From assembly GCA_000091205.1 (NCBI GenBank), contig AP006494.2: 64,000 bases of DNA; one strand, 5' to 3'. Origin of the DNA: Cyanidioschyzon merolae (taxonomy: Eukaryota). The notes below the pieces were generated by a model, which had not been told where the DNA came from, did no database searches, and was given only the letters and a program-made list of their open reading frames with translations. Shown here one piece after another: positions 52,808 through 64,000 of this stretch. The position numbers and the translations under genes were made by a program. Positions within the stretch are counted from its first letter, which is position 1, and each line of letters begins with the position of its first letter.

Positions 52808-55185
52808 GGCGTCGTTTGAGGGAACCTATCAGACAGCTACGTCCGCATCAGTCGCGCGCACTGTTCCATGTTCAGGGACGTTCGCTCGTGTGCACAGGCA
52901 TGCTTGCCTTGAGTAGCTAGAGCCGCTGTAGCGGCAGCGACGGTAGTCCTGGAGTCTGCCGCGGACTTGCGAGCACATGCACGAGCAGGCGTGCGTTCAG
53001 CAGCTAGAGCTTTCGTAGCGGCAGAGACTGCGGTGTCGTAAACCGCTATTTCGTCGTCTGCGTTTCGCGAAGCATCTCCTCGGTAATATTGAACGATGGA
53101 ACATCATGATCGTTCACCACTTTCCCAGGAAAATCGTTCCCGATGTAGATATACACCGGTTCAACTTGCTGGATTGCCGAAACGTTTCGTACGAGTGCCT
53201 TGCTCCAAGACGGTTCGAATGCCCTGTTTCCTGGCCATTGATTTGTTTTCTTGGAAACTGGTCAGCGTTTCATCACCGAGGCCACACTGCGTATGAAAGG
53301 ATTCTCTCGAAAAATCGCTTGACACAGAGCCGATGGATGCCCACGAAGCACAAGATATTTCTGGAGTCACTATCTTTTTCTTTCGTACATTCAGCGAGCA
53401 TCCGTGCCAATGTTGCGTATGTGTCGTACTGAACTCATCGATGCGAATCGTGCAGGGCGATTCCTGCACTCGTTGGGCGCTCTCGTCGAAGGAGCAGAAC
53501 TGCGGCCCATGCGCACTACAGCGGGCACAGCGAGATGGGCTACCTCCAGACGACGCAACTTGTCGATCATATCCTTTTCCAGCTCAGTGTACAAGTTGGT
53601 GAATATACGCTTCGGGCCGCGGTCCAACCGAATCCGTTCGCGACTCGTGCAGCGTCTCATGTACGCATGCTAGATATCGTCCTCATGAGCTGTTTGGACG
53701 CTCTTGTAATGTTTCTGAGCAAAGCGTACTAAGCATCCGCTTCTGCTTGATGCCGTGCTCAGCGCAACAGAATCGGTGCTGACGCTGTCATTCGAATTGC
53801 TGGAACGCCTCCTGGTGTTCATCATGCCAGGCTCCTGATAATCGTGCTCTGGAAACGTTGAGCAGCTTCAACTGCTCAACTGCTCGGGTCTTTCGCTCCG
53901 TCCTCTTGATTCAGAGGCCCGGCGAAAGCCGTCATGTGCTTCAATGACGGATGCATGCCCGCAACTTTGTCTTCCTCTCCATCTATCTTGAAGGCTTGAA
54001 AATGAGTCTCATTGCTCCGTTCAGATCTACGTTTCGCAAAGTTCATGCAGATTCATATCCGGTGGCCTCTATCATCCCGATGAAGTGCTTTCAATTTTTG
54101 ATGATTGTAAACGAGAAACCTTGAACAAGCCTCGCCAATGGTCTCCGCAAGATTGTTCGAGTGCTTTATAATTGGTCGTACGGACCAGCGGTAGCACACT
54201 GAGGAAGCCACACTGTATAGTGCAGCATTGTTTACAATGGGTTCGTTGGCCTTGATCTAATCTATGAGGACCACATCGAATAGACGCATGATGAGGCGCG
54301 AGCGCTCCGATTCAGGGAGCGATTCCACTGTGCTCTAGGTGCTCTGTTGAGGAAAACGCAGGATCGTAAGATGCAAGCAGAGCAGCAGTCACGCTTCACC
54401 CATCTTTTGGATACCAGCGCCCTAGATGTGAGGCCCAGAGCGATACCACCTTCTTGGACGATCTGAAGCGCATCCCGCTCTCGTTGCGACATCTCTTCCA
54501 AACTCGTTACAATCTCGATCTTTTCTGCCACCACGAGTTCGCCATATGCCTCCAACGATACTCCAAGACTATGTTCCATGAGTCGCATCTTCTCTTGGCT
54601 GGTGAGGTGAGGGCACAACGCTCACAGCATGCGTCTCGCAAACTGCTCGACATTGATCCGCATTCGTTGATGTGCAGCCGAAAAATAGTTCACGCATGTC
54701 AAGCACGATAGTATCTGGATGCTACGGAATGCTTCGAGCAGAATCCGGGTAGTGTTTGCTGAGATACACCTGCTGCTGCATGGCGTGGAGCCTCACGCAA
54801 GCTGAAAGCAGCTTCCGTTCGCAATGTCATATCATTGGTGCTCCATCGACGTTGCGTTCTCTGGACATGAACATGACCGGCTACTCGAACAGCTCTTTAC
54901 AGTTCACAGCTTCGCAGCCGCAGATTCTGGTTCATTTTCTGATGCAGAAAAGTCTGCGAGCGTATATCATGGGCATTTCATGGACCAAAACACGGTCTGA
55001 ATCACGCGCGAGCGCCACAGGGTCGCGGAGCGCTAAGCTCACTTTTTCACTATTCTGTCATCTGCGCACCCATGTCAGAGTGGAATGGAAGCGGTACAGG
55101 TACCTCACTCGGGCGCATATTCGGGAATACGTGTCTCCTCGAACGGTAATCAACATCTGCATTTGCGGGCTTTCTCTGCGACTTC

Positions 55186-55569
55186 TTCACTTTATTGTCT
55201 AATACCTCACGCCTTGAATATGCCGGACTCGTTCTTTGCTCCAGGTCCATTGTTTATCGTTGGAGAATGTTGATGGCAGCGTCGATGCACAGAATTCGCA
55301 GCTTCCAGCTGTCATCGACGCTTGTCGTGAACAGGAGGGAGCCGGTATCAACGCTTCGCGTACCAGGGATATCTGCTTTGTGGACAGCGTCGGTGCGCCA
55401 GTTGCAGCGGTAGCTCTTGACTTTGGTCAGTGGTTGCCGTATGTCCACCATACGCTCTCTTCTGAGCGCCACTCTGTGGTACGAAAAGGTTTGCTTCGTC
55501 ACTCGATACATGCCGTCGACCGGTACAGAGGGCTGCGCTCAGTGCACCCCCGCGTTTGCGCACCAGCTG
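55186..55569 (+). repeat. Repeat family R3, copy 2
   Basis: See 48933-49313; collinear at ~93% identity. Confidence 0.6.
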
Positions 55570-56681
55570 CTGCACCACATGATCGTGAGCTTGTTCTCTG
55601 TGATCCCTGTGGAGGGTACCCAGTCCGCTGCAGCGCAAGTGCACGCTGCTCCATTTTACAGAGGATTTGCGGACCGAAATCGTGCGTATAATGAAACAAG
55701 TGCTGGTCGGGGAACCCAGAATGGCAACCAACTCGAAATCTTCCGATCCGTCCACGCTCCGTTCGCGCAAAGCCGAAACGCACGTCCCATTGGAAGCGAT
55801 CCTTCCGATGACTGAATTCTGAGTCCATGATCCTCTCCCATGCAAACAGAGGTGACGGGCGCAGCTGGGAGCATACCTCGTGCGATGTATCATGCCGCTG
55901 CTGTCGAATTGCGGTTTCATCAATGGCCACAAATACTGGACGATATCTCTTTGGAACATCATCAATTATTTGATGTGATACGTCCAGTGAACTTTCGGCA
56001 TGAGCTTGCAAACAAGCCGTCCATTGCCGTCGTCGGGTTCTTTTCCTCGTCAATGCAGCAGCGCGAGTTGCCGTGTCAGCGAATTGCCTGGAGACCGAAG
56101 GATCTATCACTTGAAGCTCGCGTGTGATTTGAGCATGTTTTATGGTAGCAACGGAGAAAAATAGAGGATCATACACACCTGTCACATCTATGCTGGTATC
56201 GCTTCTTTGACGAACATTTGTTCGATTGCGTCGCGATTCATCCTCATTCCGAAGACGTAACGAATTCCAGCGGCAGAGCGTCGAAAGAGCCGCACGGAAA
56301 CTACGACCGAGCATCCCGGAACTAGGTATGAGTCCGTAAGCTCGAACAATTGCATTTTGAATACTGAGGCTGCCATTTAAAACAAGTTCTAAAAACTCAA
56401 AAGCAGGAACAGAGCGGGTTGTTCCGTGTTCCGCTGTCTTCTGACACTTGCGTTGAGCAGGCGTCCATTCCGTTCAGCGAATCGCTGATACGGCGCTTTG
56501 CCGTGAATTGTGCATTGGCGAGGTAGCTGAGGCATTCGCTCACAGTGACAACTAGCGTTTGCGTGCCTCCAGGAGACTGGTTCAACGCTTTGGGCTGGCA
56601 CCGGCAACATCCTTGACGGGCTCAGCGGTGTTGGCTCATTAAAGAGAGCACGAGGTTGCGCGCTCAGGTAGAGCGCTCTCT

Positions 56682-57821
56682 ATGGTACTGCACCAACTGC
56701 GTAAGCTTTCCTGGGAGCACGGGTTTGGAAACTTCCACCAATATCAAGTACTGCTGCACAGACGGACCTGCACAGCGCCTCGGCGAGCGGCTTTCCTGGC
56801 GAGCTGTCCACGCTGCCCGGAGAACCTTTCCGCAAGCGAACGAGGTTGCCTGCTAGCGTCCAGGGGCGACGGCTCAACGTGCAACCCGCTTGCGCTGGAA
56901 CGCAGGCATTGGTTTAGAACCTGCAAAACACGCTTGCGCGCGTTATCTATGCACCAGGAGCGCGGTGAAGCGGATTCAAGGGCAAGACGGTCACAGGGCC
57001 AAAACCGAAGACGATCTCAAAGATCTACACCAGCAGCGCTACCGGCTCAAGGGACGCGAGTCGCACGGCATGCGGCTGCGACGCTTCGACCAGATCAAGC
57101 GCGCCTCTTTGTCGCTTTCGAGGCGCCAGTGGCCTTCACAGAAGCTGCCAGTAGTGCGCAACAGTTCCTCCTGGACAACTGGAGCATAAACACGGGCGTC
57201 GCAAGCGAAACGGACGGCTCGAAGGTGCCAGCGCTGCCGCCCGTGCGCTGGACAAGCCCCGACTCATGGCACATCACGCTGCACTTTATAGGAACAACAG
57301 CACGGGAACGAATTCCCGAGGTGCTTGATCGGCTGAACGCATTGGCGAAACAGCATCACCAGGTGACGCTGATGATCACGACCGTTGCTGCGCTTCCGCC
57401 GCTGACAAGTCAGAAACCCCTTCGAGTGCTCTGCCTTGAACTAGAAGAAGTGGTGGATCGCGACGAGATGCGAACGCTATCCAGTTTCGTCGCGGGACTT
57501 GCGGATCAGCTTGCACCGTTCCACTTGGATACGGCGGCGGTAGACCTGCAGGGTATCCCCAGACAAACACAGTACCGCCCATCGAATGCGTCTCCCAAAC
57601 CCTATATGCCGCATCTGACGCTGGGCCGAGTGAAAGACTGGGCAAGTTCAGCAAGTAGAGCGCGGCTTCGACAACTCGTACAGCACGCATCCGCTGGAGC
57701 TTGGAAACCTTCCGAAGGCTCAACGGTTCGTTTTACGCAGTTCAAGCTTTACGAATCGGTTTGGGACCAAACCAACGGTCCGCCAAGCTACAAACCGATA
57801 GCGACGTTCGAACTCGGCTGA
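56682..57821 (+). CDS. 2H phosphoesterase superfamily protein (LigT / 2'-5' RNA ligase / cyclic phosphodiesterase-like)
   Basis: Two H-x-T/S-x motifs sit in the right context: WHITLHFIG and PHLTLGRV. Each follows a hydrophobic beta strand (RLFVAFEAP...). The first ~150 aa have no domain, so the true start may be downstream. Confidence 0.6.
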   Translation: MVLHQLRKLSWEHGFGNFHQYQVLLHRRTCTAPRRAAFLASCPRCPENLSASERGCLLASRGDGSTCNPLALERRHWFRTCKTRLRALSMHQERGEADSRARRSQGQNRRRSQRSTPAALPAQGTRVARHAAATLRPDQARLFVAFEAPVAFTEAASSAQQFLLDNWSINTGVASETDGSKVPALPPVRWTSPDSWHITLHFIGTTARERIPEVLDRLNALAKQHHQVTLMITTVAALPPLTSQKPLRVLCLELEEVVDRDEMRTLSSFVAGLADQLAPFHLDTAAVDLQGIPRQTQYRPSNASPKPYMPHLTLGRVKDWASSASRARLRQLVQHASAGAWKPSEGSTVRFTQFKLYESVWDQTNGPPSYKPIATFELG

Positions 57822-58441
57822 AAGCCAGCGAGCCAGCGCCCCCGTCCAACAACACCTAGTTACCACTGGGTCGTTCGCGAGAGCCGCCACTGCCGCCGAC
57901 TGCGTCAGCCAAGTGGACACCGCGCTGGTTCGTTCCCGGTTCGTGTCAGAGAACGGACTGGGAAGCGCAACCCTGGGTAACGAGCGCAACCTGGTGTGCG
58001 TTCCGTGCATCGCGTAGCAGACCCGCTGATCCAGCGACGCGAACGTTATTGCTCTGGGAGACGCCCAGTCGTCGTGTTCAAGCACAAGCAACTCCTCCCC
58101 GACCTTTTTCAAGTAAACAGAGTCGTTCCCAACGGCCTCGAAACGCTCCACCAAAGGAACCGTCGCTGCCTTGCAACATGCAAGCAGTTCTCCAGCGCCT
58201 ACCGCTCTCGAGGTGCGGCTGCGAAGCCACTTAGCAGCATCTAATGCCTCCCTGTACACTGGCGTTTCGCAGAAGTTCAGACATCTTCGCTGCTTCGAGT
58301 TTGAGTTCGAGTCCGAGTTCACGCCTTAGCGTCAGCCGTAGCTTCCACTCGAGTTCGCACGCGAAAGTCATCGCGTCCACTCGGCAGCTGCCTCCGTATC
58401 GATTGTAGCTCACTGCTCGAGCACCAGCAGTTCCCAAACTC

Positions 58442-60001
58442 ATGTCTGTGGTTATTCTCCACGTCTACGATCTTAGTGGCGGACTAGCAGCTACATGGAG
58501 TCCAGTGTTGCTTGGAGTGCAGATTGAGGCTATCTATCATACGGGTGTTGTCGTTCACCAGCGGGAGTACTACTTTGGCGGTGGCATTCAGCAGGGAGCA
58601 CCAGGGCAGACCCCGTACGGACGACCGTGGCGAGCGCTGCCTCTCGGTGAGACCTTTGTGGACGTCGAAACGCTGCACGACTTTCTCGTAGGGATATCTG
58701 GTCGCTATCGCATTGAAACGTATGATTTATTGACCAATAACTGTAACCATTTTGCGGATGAGCTCTGTCGTTTCCTCGTGGGGAAAGGCATTCCGTCCGA
58801 CATACTACAGCTGCCTCGACGAGTTCTGGATACGCCGCTGGGTCCACTGCTGCGTCAACTGATGCGTCCAGTTGAGTTTGAACCTGCATCGAGCAACCTA
58901 TCGCTACCGGGGGGTTCTGGGCTGCCCCCAGCTACATCGCAACCGGAGTCGGGTCAGCCTCGAACTAGGGATGCGTCACGACCGCTGGAAACGACAGATG
59001 CTCGCGCGTTTCCAGCACGGTCGTCCGAGACTGCACTCCTCGCAGCTGATGCACGTCCGCACGAACATGCATCTGTGATCGGGAACGATGCGGTAAGCTC
59101 GTCGTCAACCGCCTTCATGGCTGGACCAGAAGCTTCCGGTCACGAGCAGCAACAGCCCGGGTTGGTGCGAGACTTGTCCAGCGGCGAAGCGACCGCAGGT
59201 GGTGGTGCCTCCCACGTGCTGCCTCTGCGTGGATCTCTGGGGACGTCTTTGCCATTCTCTCGGACACCATGTTGTTGTCGTCAAGCGGTACGGCAAATGC
59301 AGGTTGATGTGTTGAGCCAGGGGCAGGCACAAATGACTCTCGCTCGTGAGATTGCAAAAGTCGCTGAACAGGGTACCACGGAGCTTTTGCAATGGCTGTG
59401 TAGTTGCTGCAGCCAATGTGCGGGTTGCCGAGCATGGATGGTCGCGGATCACGCCCTCTTCTGGCAGATTATCGCAAAAAGTTGGCATACAGATGGACGC
59501 AGTACGGAGCTACGACTGCTTTTGGACATTCTTGCAACGCTGTTGCAGGATGAAACGAGTGCGCGCCTTTTGCTCGCAACGGATACGGATCCCGAATGGA
59601 TCCGATGGCTCGTCCACGCTCTGGATCCGATCCCGCACACCGAGCGACAGGTTTGGGTGCAGGCAGGTCAGACACTGCAGACTCTCGGACGCGCTATCCA
59701 CCAACTTGTTGCACCCTCTGAGCAAGAGCATCTCACCGCGTTGTTGCTGTGGGAGTTTATGGAGGATCTTGAAGTATGGGGCCCAGCGCTGCAGTCAGAA
59801 GACGAAATCGGCGTGATTCTGATGCAATTCCTCGAAGACCTGTTCCGTGAATCCCCCATCTCTGTGGAGCTTGGTCGTTCGATGGGTCTTCTTCAAGCTC
59901 TGAATGGCTTCCTGCCTGCATCGTCATGCATGAGGCTCCGTCACCTCCTCGACGAAAGTGCCACTGTAGGTAATTATGAGAATGAGCATCAAATTTCATA
60001 G
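58442..60001 (+). CDS. PPPDE (DeSI/PNP-UBL type) putative cysteine peptidase domain protein with long C-terminal helical region
   Basis: N-terminal PPPDE domain: VILHVYDLSGGLA...IYHTGVVVH (His) ...YYFGGG... YDLLTNNCNHFADELCRFLVGKGIP (Cys). ATG verified at 58442. Confidence 0.8.
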   Translation: MSVVILHVYDLSGGLAATWSPVLLGVQIEAIYHTGVVVHQREYYFGGGIQQGAPGQTPYGRPWRALPLGETFVDVETLHDFLVGISGRYRIETYDLLTNNCNHFADELCRFLVGKGIPSDILQLPRRVLDTPLGPLLRQLMRPVEFEPASSNLSLPGGSGLPPATSQPESGQPRTRDASRPLETTDARAFPARSSETALLAADARPHEHASVIGNDAVSSSSTAFMAGPEASGHEQQQPGLVRDLSSGEATAGGGASHVLPLRGSLGTSLPFSRTPCCCRQAVRQMQVDVLSQGQAQMTLAREIAKVAEQGTTELLQWLCSCCSQCAGCRAWMVADHALFWQIIAKSWHTDGRSTELRLLLDILATLLQDETSARLLLATDTDPEWIRWLVHALDPIPHTERQVWVQAGQTLQTLGRAIHQLVAPSEQEHLTALLLWEFMEDLEVWGPALQSEDEIGVILMQFLEDLFRESPISVELGRSMGLLQALNGFLPASSCMRLRHLLDESATVGNYENEHQIS

Positions 60002-61724
60002 GGAGGAGCATCTGTTCCAAGTGCCGGCACTTGCTTTGCAGACGTTTATCCTCAAAGCCCAGCATGATGTAGATCACAAATGCGGAAAGAAGCGTCTTCG
60101 TCGCATTCTGCTCGGAGAAGGAGTCGGGCTGGGAGAGCGGTATCCCACTTGTAGATATATCAGAAGAGTTTTGCTCCATAAATGTACAGCATGCAATTCG
60201 GGGCAGATCTAGATCGAACGGCGTATTCCGGCTGGAAGGCACTGTCGCTGGCTCTATCGTAACCGAAGATCTCGCGAGACGGCTACCGCCACGAACGAAA
60301 GCAAGACACACATCCTAGTTGGTGCGATCATTTTCGGAGACGTAACAGGTACAGAGCGGACGTCGGCAAGTCTCTCCTGGTCAGCACTGGAGTGACCGGG
60401 CGCTTGCTGGGACCTTTCATGCCGCAGCATACGCCGCGCATATAGTCGTTTCACAGACGGTATGCGCTCCGACCGACATCCACGATGGATCGGGGGAGCG
60501 GGGCGTGCAGCCAACGCCAGACACGTGCACGAGCGACCTCCAAGTCGCGGTACGCTGTGACTGGTAACGTCACTGGGGATGCAGTCATTCGCGCAGACCT
60601 TGCGTGATTCGTATTCGGAGAATATGATGGTTTTCAGACCGATGGATGACTGGCACCGGGATGGTCATCGATGGCTCGGGCCCTGCCCAGACCGTTGAAT
60701 GAAGGGTGAAGTCTACCGTATACATCTACGATGACTTGCTTCCATGCATCTAAATCATGTTCATGTTGATACGCAAAGCTTGATCAGCGGCCCCTTGCAT
60801 CATACCAGTGCATGGACGGGTGCGCACGGAAACCAATCCCTAATGCATACTTCCATATGTATCAGATGGTCCATGAATCCGTCGCAGAAGTAAAGCCCGC
60901 GAAGAAATGAATTGGTGTTGTTAAGGCTGCACGTCCGCATATCTCAGCGTCTTTTGTAATCGATCAGAATGAAGAGCGGTTTCAAAACCTCATTCGGACC
61001 GGAGATCGTCCCCGGACGTGCTTTTGACGCTGCGGTGCTGGAAGCGATGCGTTGCAGCGCACCAACCGGGCCATGGCCCTAATCCGTGTGCTGCCAGGCG
61101 ATGAGCTCTCCTCAAAAGCGTCCGCAGAAAAGGTGACGTCCGTGTTCCGTGGTAACGAGCAGCATTCGCATCTCCAGTACATTCAGGTACGATTCATCGA
61201 TACTAGGCAACGAAAAACAACTCCCTGGGCATGCTAGGTTAGGCGTAGCGCACCGAACCCTGCACTTGGTGCGTGTCCTCGTCATTGCGGGGACTCGCCT
61301 GTGCAGCGGCCGAGTCGTTTAGGAAGAAAGAGCTCCTGGCCCCGTCTTCATCTTGCAGCAGGTTCCATACAGGCATTCGTAGGTGGACTGGCAACCACTG
61401 GAGGCTCGCATTCAGCGTTTTTCAATCGCGCATCCAGACTTGCATGACAGAGACTGTCATCGTGGACGCTTACTCGGAGCACCGAACCGTGGGCTGGCAC
61501 GAACGGCCAGCAAACCATTGCCCGGCCACAGTTTACCATACCGGTAGCGCGAGTCGGCGCAACGAGTCTGGACCTGAGGCAGTAAGACGCATTGGCAGCG
61601 GGCGCGGCAATGGCCGTCCGTATGCGTTTCGCGTCACGATTTCTCCATCCATTGCAAGGCGATGTTGTTGATCCGCAGCATCGCGACGCGCTCGAACGGC
61701 GGATGCGATCTCTTCTTCCCAATC

Positions 61725-61855
61725 GATTCATATGCATGGATGCAGGCACATACGTGTTAAGACATGAACGTGTCTATTCATGCATACAGACACGCATGGT
61801 GGTATTCATGGATGCAGACACATACGTGTCCATTCATGCATGCAGATGCCCCTAT
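61725..61855. repeat. Imperfect ~30-bp minisatellite (tcatgcatg(g)atgcag(a/g)cacatacgtgt units)
   Basis: Four degenerate tandem units with internal palindromic acacgtatgtg / acatacgtgt cores. Confidence 0.5.
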
Positions 61856-62087
61856 GATCGCACACACGCACTGTCCGATGATCAAGCAGATGATCACAGC
61901 ACTGCACGCGTGCTAACGCTTCCATATTGTCCAGATCATGGGCACATCCGTTAAGCATCCCACGAATAATGCCATGCAATATCAAAGATTGCTTATCCGC
62001 AATCGAGCCTCTCTCTACGCCTACAGGCAGTCACCTGTCTGAGGGGAATGGCAGCGTCACTGGATTCGGATTCTGCGTTTCCGTCAC

Positions 62088-62855
62088 TCAGAAGCGTCGC
62101 TTCAGCTCGGCCGAGTATTGGGCCATGTACTGCGGATTGACGTCAAATCGCCAGGCGCCTCTGAATGTTGTGGCGCTCATCTCATGACCCACGTACCGAT
62201 ACGTATAGTCGATGGAGGACGGGTGATCAGTACCGAAAAAGAGACGCAGTCGGAAGGGTGCTCTTCGAATCGTCAGTCGCCATGCTTGTTCCGGCTTACG
62301 AAACGACATAGTGTCTTGTCGATAGCGCACCTGGACATCGGTTTGCCACCGACTCACCGGTATATCGATACTCGCTTCCCAAAAGTTCTCCGTCAGCGGA
62401 AGAAGACGGACTTTGACGATACGTTTCAGTTTCACATCGAGCCGTAAGCTCCACCGAGGCTCGTCCCATGGTTGGTTATGTAGCGGCCGGAAGAAAACTG
62501 CTGGCTTTAATGCGAGCCACGAATAAACCGCAAGCGTTTTCTTGAGCTCTACACGGCAACGTTGTTTGCTCTCCGCCACGCGAATATAAAAGTCCAGGTG
62601 ATGGTGTGCGGTGCGGGGTCGTTGGCGTTGCCTCTCGAGTCGCGACATGAGTCTCTCGAGGAAGTCCGGCCGCTCTGAGTCCCGTAACCTGTTCCCTGGA
62701 AGCGTCGGGAGCGGGGCCCGTCCCAGGCCCGGTGACTTGCCCGGAGGCACCGCCCGCGTCCCTGGCTGTGTGGTGCCCTCGGGGAACCTGGTGTCCGGTT
62801 CCGCCCTCGGGGACGGGTACGGTTGCGCCTGCTCCAGACGTAAGCGTTCCGCCAT
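62088..62855 (-). CDS. Hypothetical protein with Pro-rich N-terminus
   Basis: The ORF track starts at a TTG at 62879; the first ATG is at 62853-62855. The ~190-aa C-terminal part is non-repetitive and protein-like. No recognised domain. Confidence 0.35.
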   Translation of the reverse strand: MAERLRLEQAQPYPSPRAEPDTRFPEGTTQPGTRAVPPGKSPGLGRAPLPTLPGNRLRDSERPDFLERLMSRLERQRQRPRTAHHHLDFYIRVAESKQRCRVELKKTLAVYSWLALKPAVFFRPLHNQPWDEPRWSLRLDVKLKRIVKVRLLPLTENFWEASIDIPVSRWQTDVQVRYRQDTMSFRKPEQAWRLTIRRAPFRLRLFFGTDHPSSIDYTYRYVGHEMSATTFRGAWRFDVNPQYMAQYSAELKRRF

Positions 62856-64000
62856 GAGGCAGAACCTTCGCAAGCACAAGCGCTAGTCACCGGTCCGAGC
62901 TCAGAACGCGAGCGACAATCCAAACTTGAAAAAGCACATGTAGAAGGGATGGCGCGCGTCGAAGCCACGACCGAAACAAGGGCGATCTCGCACACCCATG
63001 GGCATCATGAAGAGGTCTTTGCGTTGACTGCAAGAGCGCAGCTCCGTTGCATGCACCTATGCACCAGACTTTGGAAAGTTACGCCTTGAATCTTGTGCGC
63101 AAGGAAAGTGAAGCGAGTCAACGGCCTGCATGGCATGAGAGAGCTGGGACCCGTTGGGAAAACGGATTCGCATCAAATAGTCCAGGATCATCGCGGTTCT
63201 AAAGTGTTCCGCTGTTGATGAGCTGCTGCAGCGCTTGGCTTGCAGTCCTTGAAAATGGCATCGCTCGATAACGCCTGTTCTGTGCATGTCTGTGACGCGC
63301 TTTTTGCCACGCGGAATTACATTCCGAAACACGTGGTCGGTACCCGTATCGCAAAAGAGGAACCAGGATCGGATTGCATGGACATGGCTGCGTACCGATA
63401 AGTCGCTTCTCGATTTCGGTTTCGCATACACCGCAAGACATATTTACGCGGAATTTTATCGAACCTGAAGTCCTCCATGGCAAGCGCGCCCAGAAAAATA
63501 TGCTTGTTATCACCTCGAAGATTTCAGTCGGCTTGCACAGAAGCAGAACGTGCCTCTCCTGTGAAACATGGTAGTCGTGCATCGGTCCTTCGCCCCCAGA
63601 TCGGCGCTGATTTGCCAGCAGCCTCGGAACTGAACAATTTACGCCAGCCTGAAGCCTGCCCCGCCCGTTGTGTTATTCAGCCTCTGGTACCAAAACGGTA
63701 AAGTGGAAGCCCGTGCCGAGCCAACGATTGAAGACAGTGTGTGACAGTCCGTAACCCCGCCAGACGTCCTATTGGCAATGACGGACGACTTTTGTGCCAT
63801 TCTAAACCTGTGCGCCTAGCTATTGAAAAGGCATGTGCACGATACCTCCGTCGAAAGCGACAGCTACGGTACTGCCCGTGTCAGCCGTTTTGCGCAGGTG
63901 CAGCGTGTTGAACGCTCCGAAGCATAGATAGAAAAGCGATGAACGCTTCGTCCTAGGCTGACTATCGAAGAGAGGTGCAGTACGTGGAATGCACAGAGAA

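Overview
This is a GC-rich (~57-58%) eukaryotic nuclear genomic segment, not a prokaryotic one. The recognisable host genes are all eukaryotic housekeeping genes, and each reads as a single uninterrupted ORF, so the genome appears very intron-poor. They include a 20S proteasome alpha-2 subunit, the CCT epsilon chaperonin, an IMP4/Brix snoRNP protein, a heat-shock factor, a bZIP factor, a SNF2-RING helicase of 1465 aa, a Nup35/53 nucleoporin, TRAPPC1/Bet5, a mitochondrial DnaJ, a PPPDE peptidase, a 2H phosphoesterase and an ALDH. The MEP-pathway enzyme IspG/GcpE carries an Arg/Ser/Ala-rich N-terminal extension that looks like a plastid transit peptide without a signal peptide, and there is a plant-type agmatine deiminase. 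Together these point to an alga with a primary plastid (red or green lineage), but I cannot name the species. The accessory content is dominated by three near-identical ~2.4 kb copies of one element, plus a ~250 bp 5' fragment. The element's long ORF carries the TnpB/Fanzor RuvC signature: a RuvC-I-like GADPGNTNIIAIAA motif and a RuvC-III RDFIAAINI motif. I read it as a eukaryotic OMEGA/Fanzor-type RNA-guided nuclease family. Each full copy sits immediately upstream of a host gene start codon in the same orientation. All copies share several reading-frame interruptions: an A-run frameshift, a frame change near 22337-22373, an in-frame TGA inside a 9-bp hairpin, and an in-frame TAG. Copy 2 is chimeric, with a divergent 5' third, and lies next to a degraded Tc1/mariner DDE transposase. 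Other repeats are a ~470 bp dispersed family with four copies, a ~380 bp family with two copies, a secreted Tyr-rich heptad-repeat protein, and several microsatellites.
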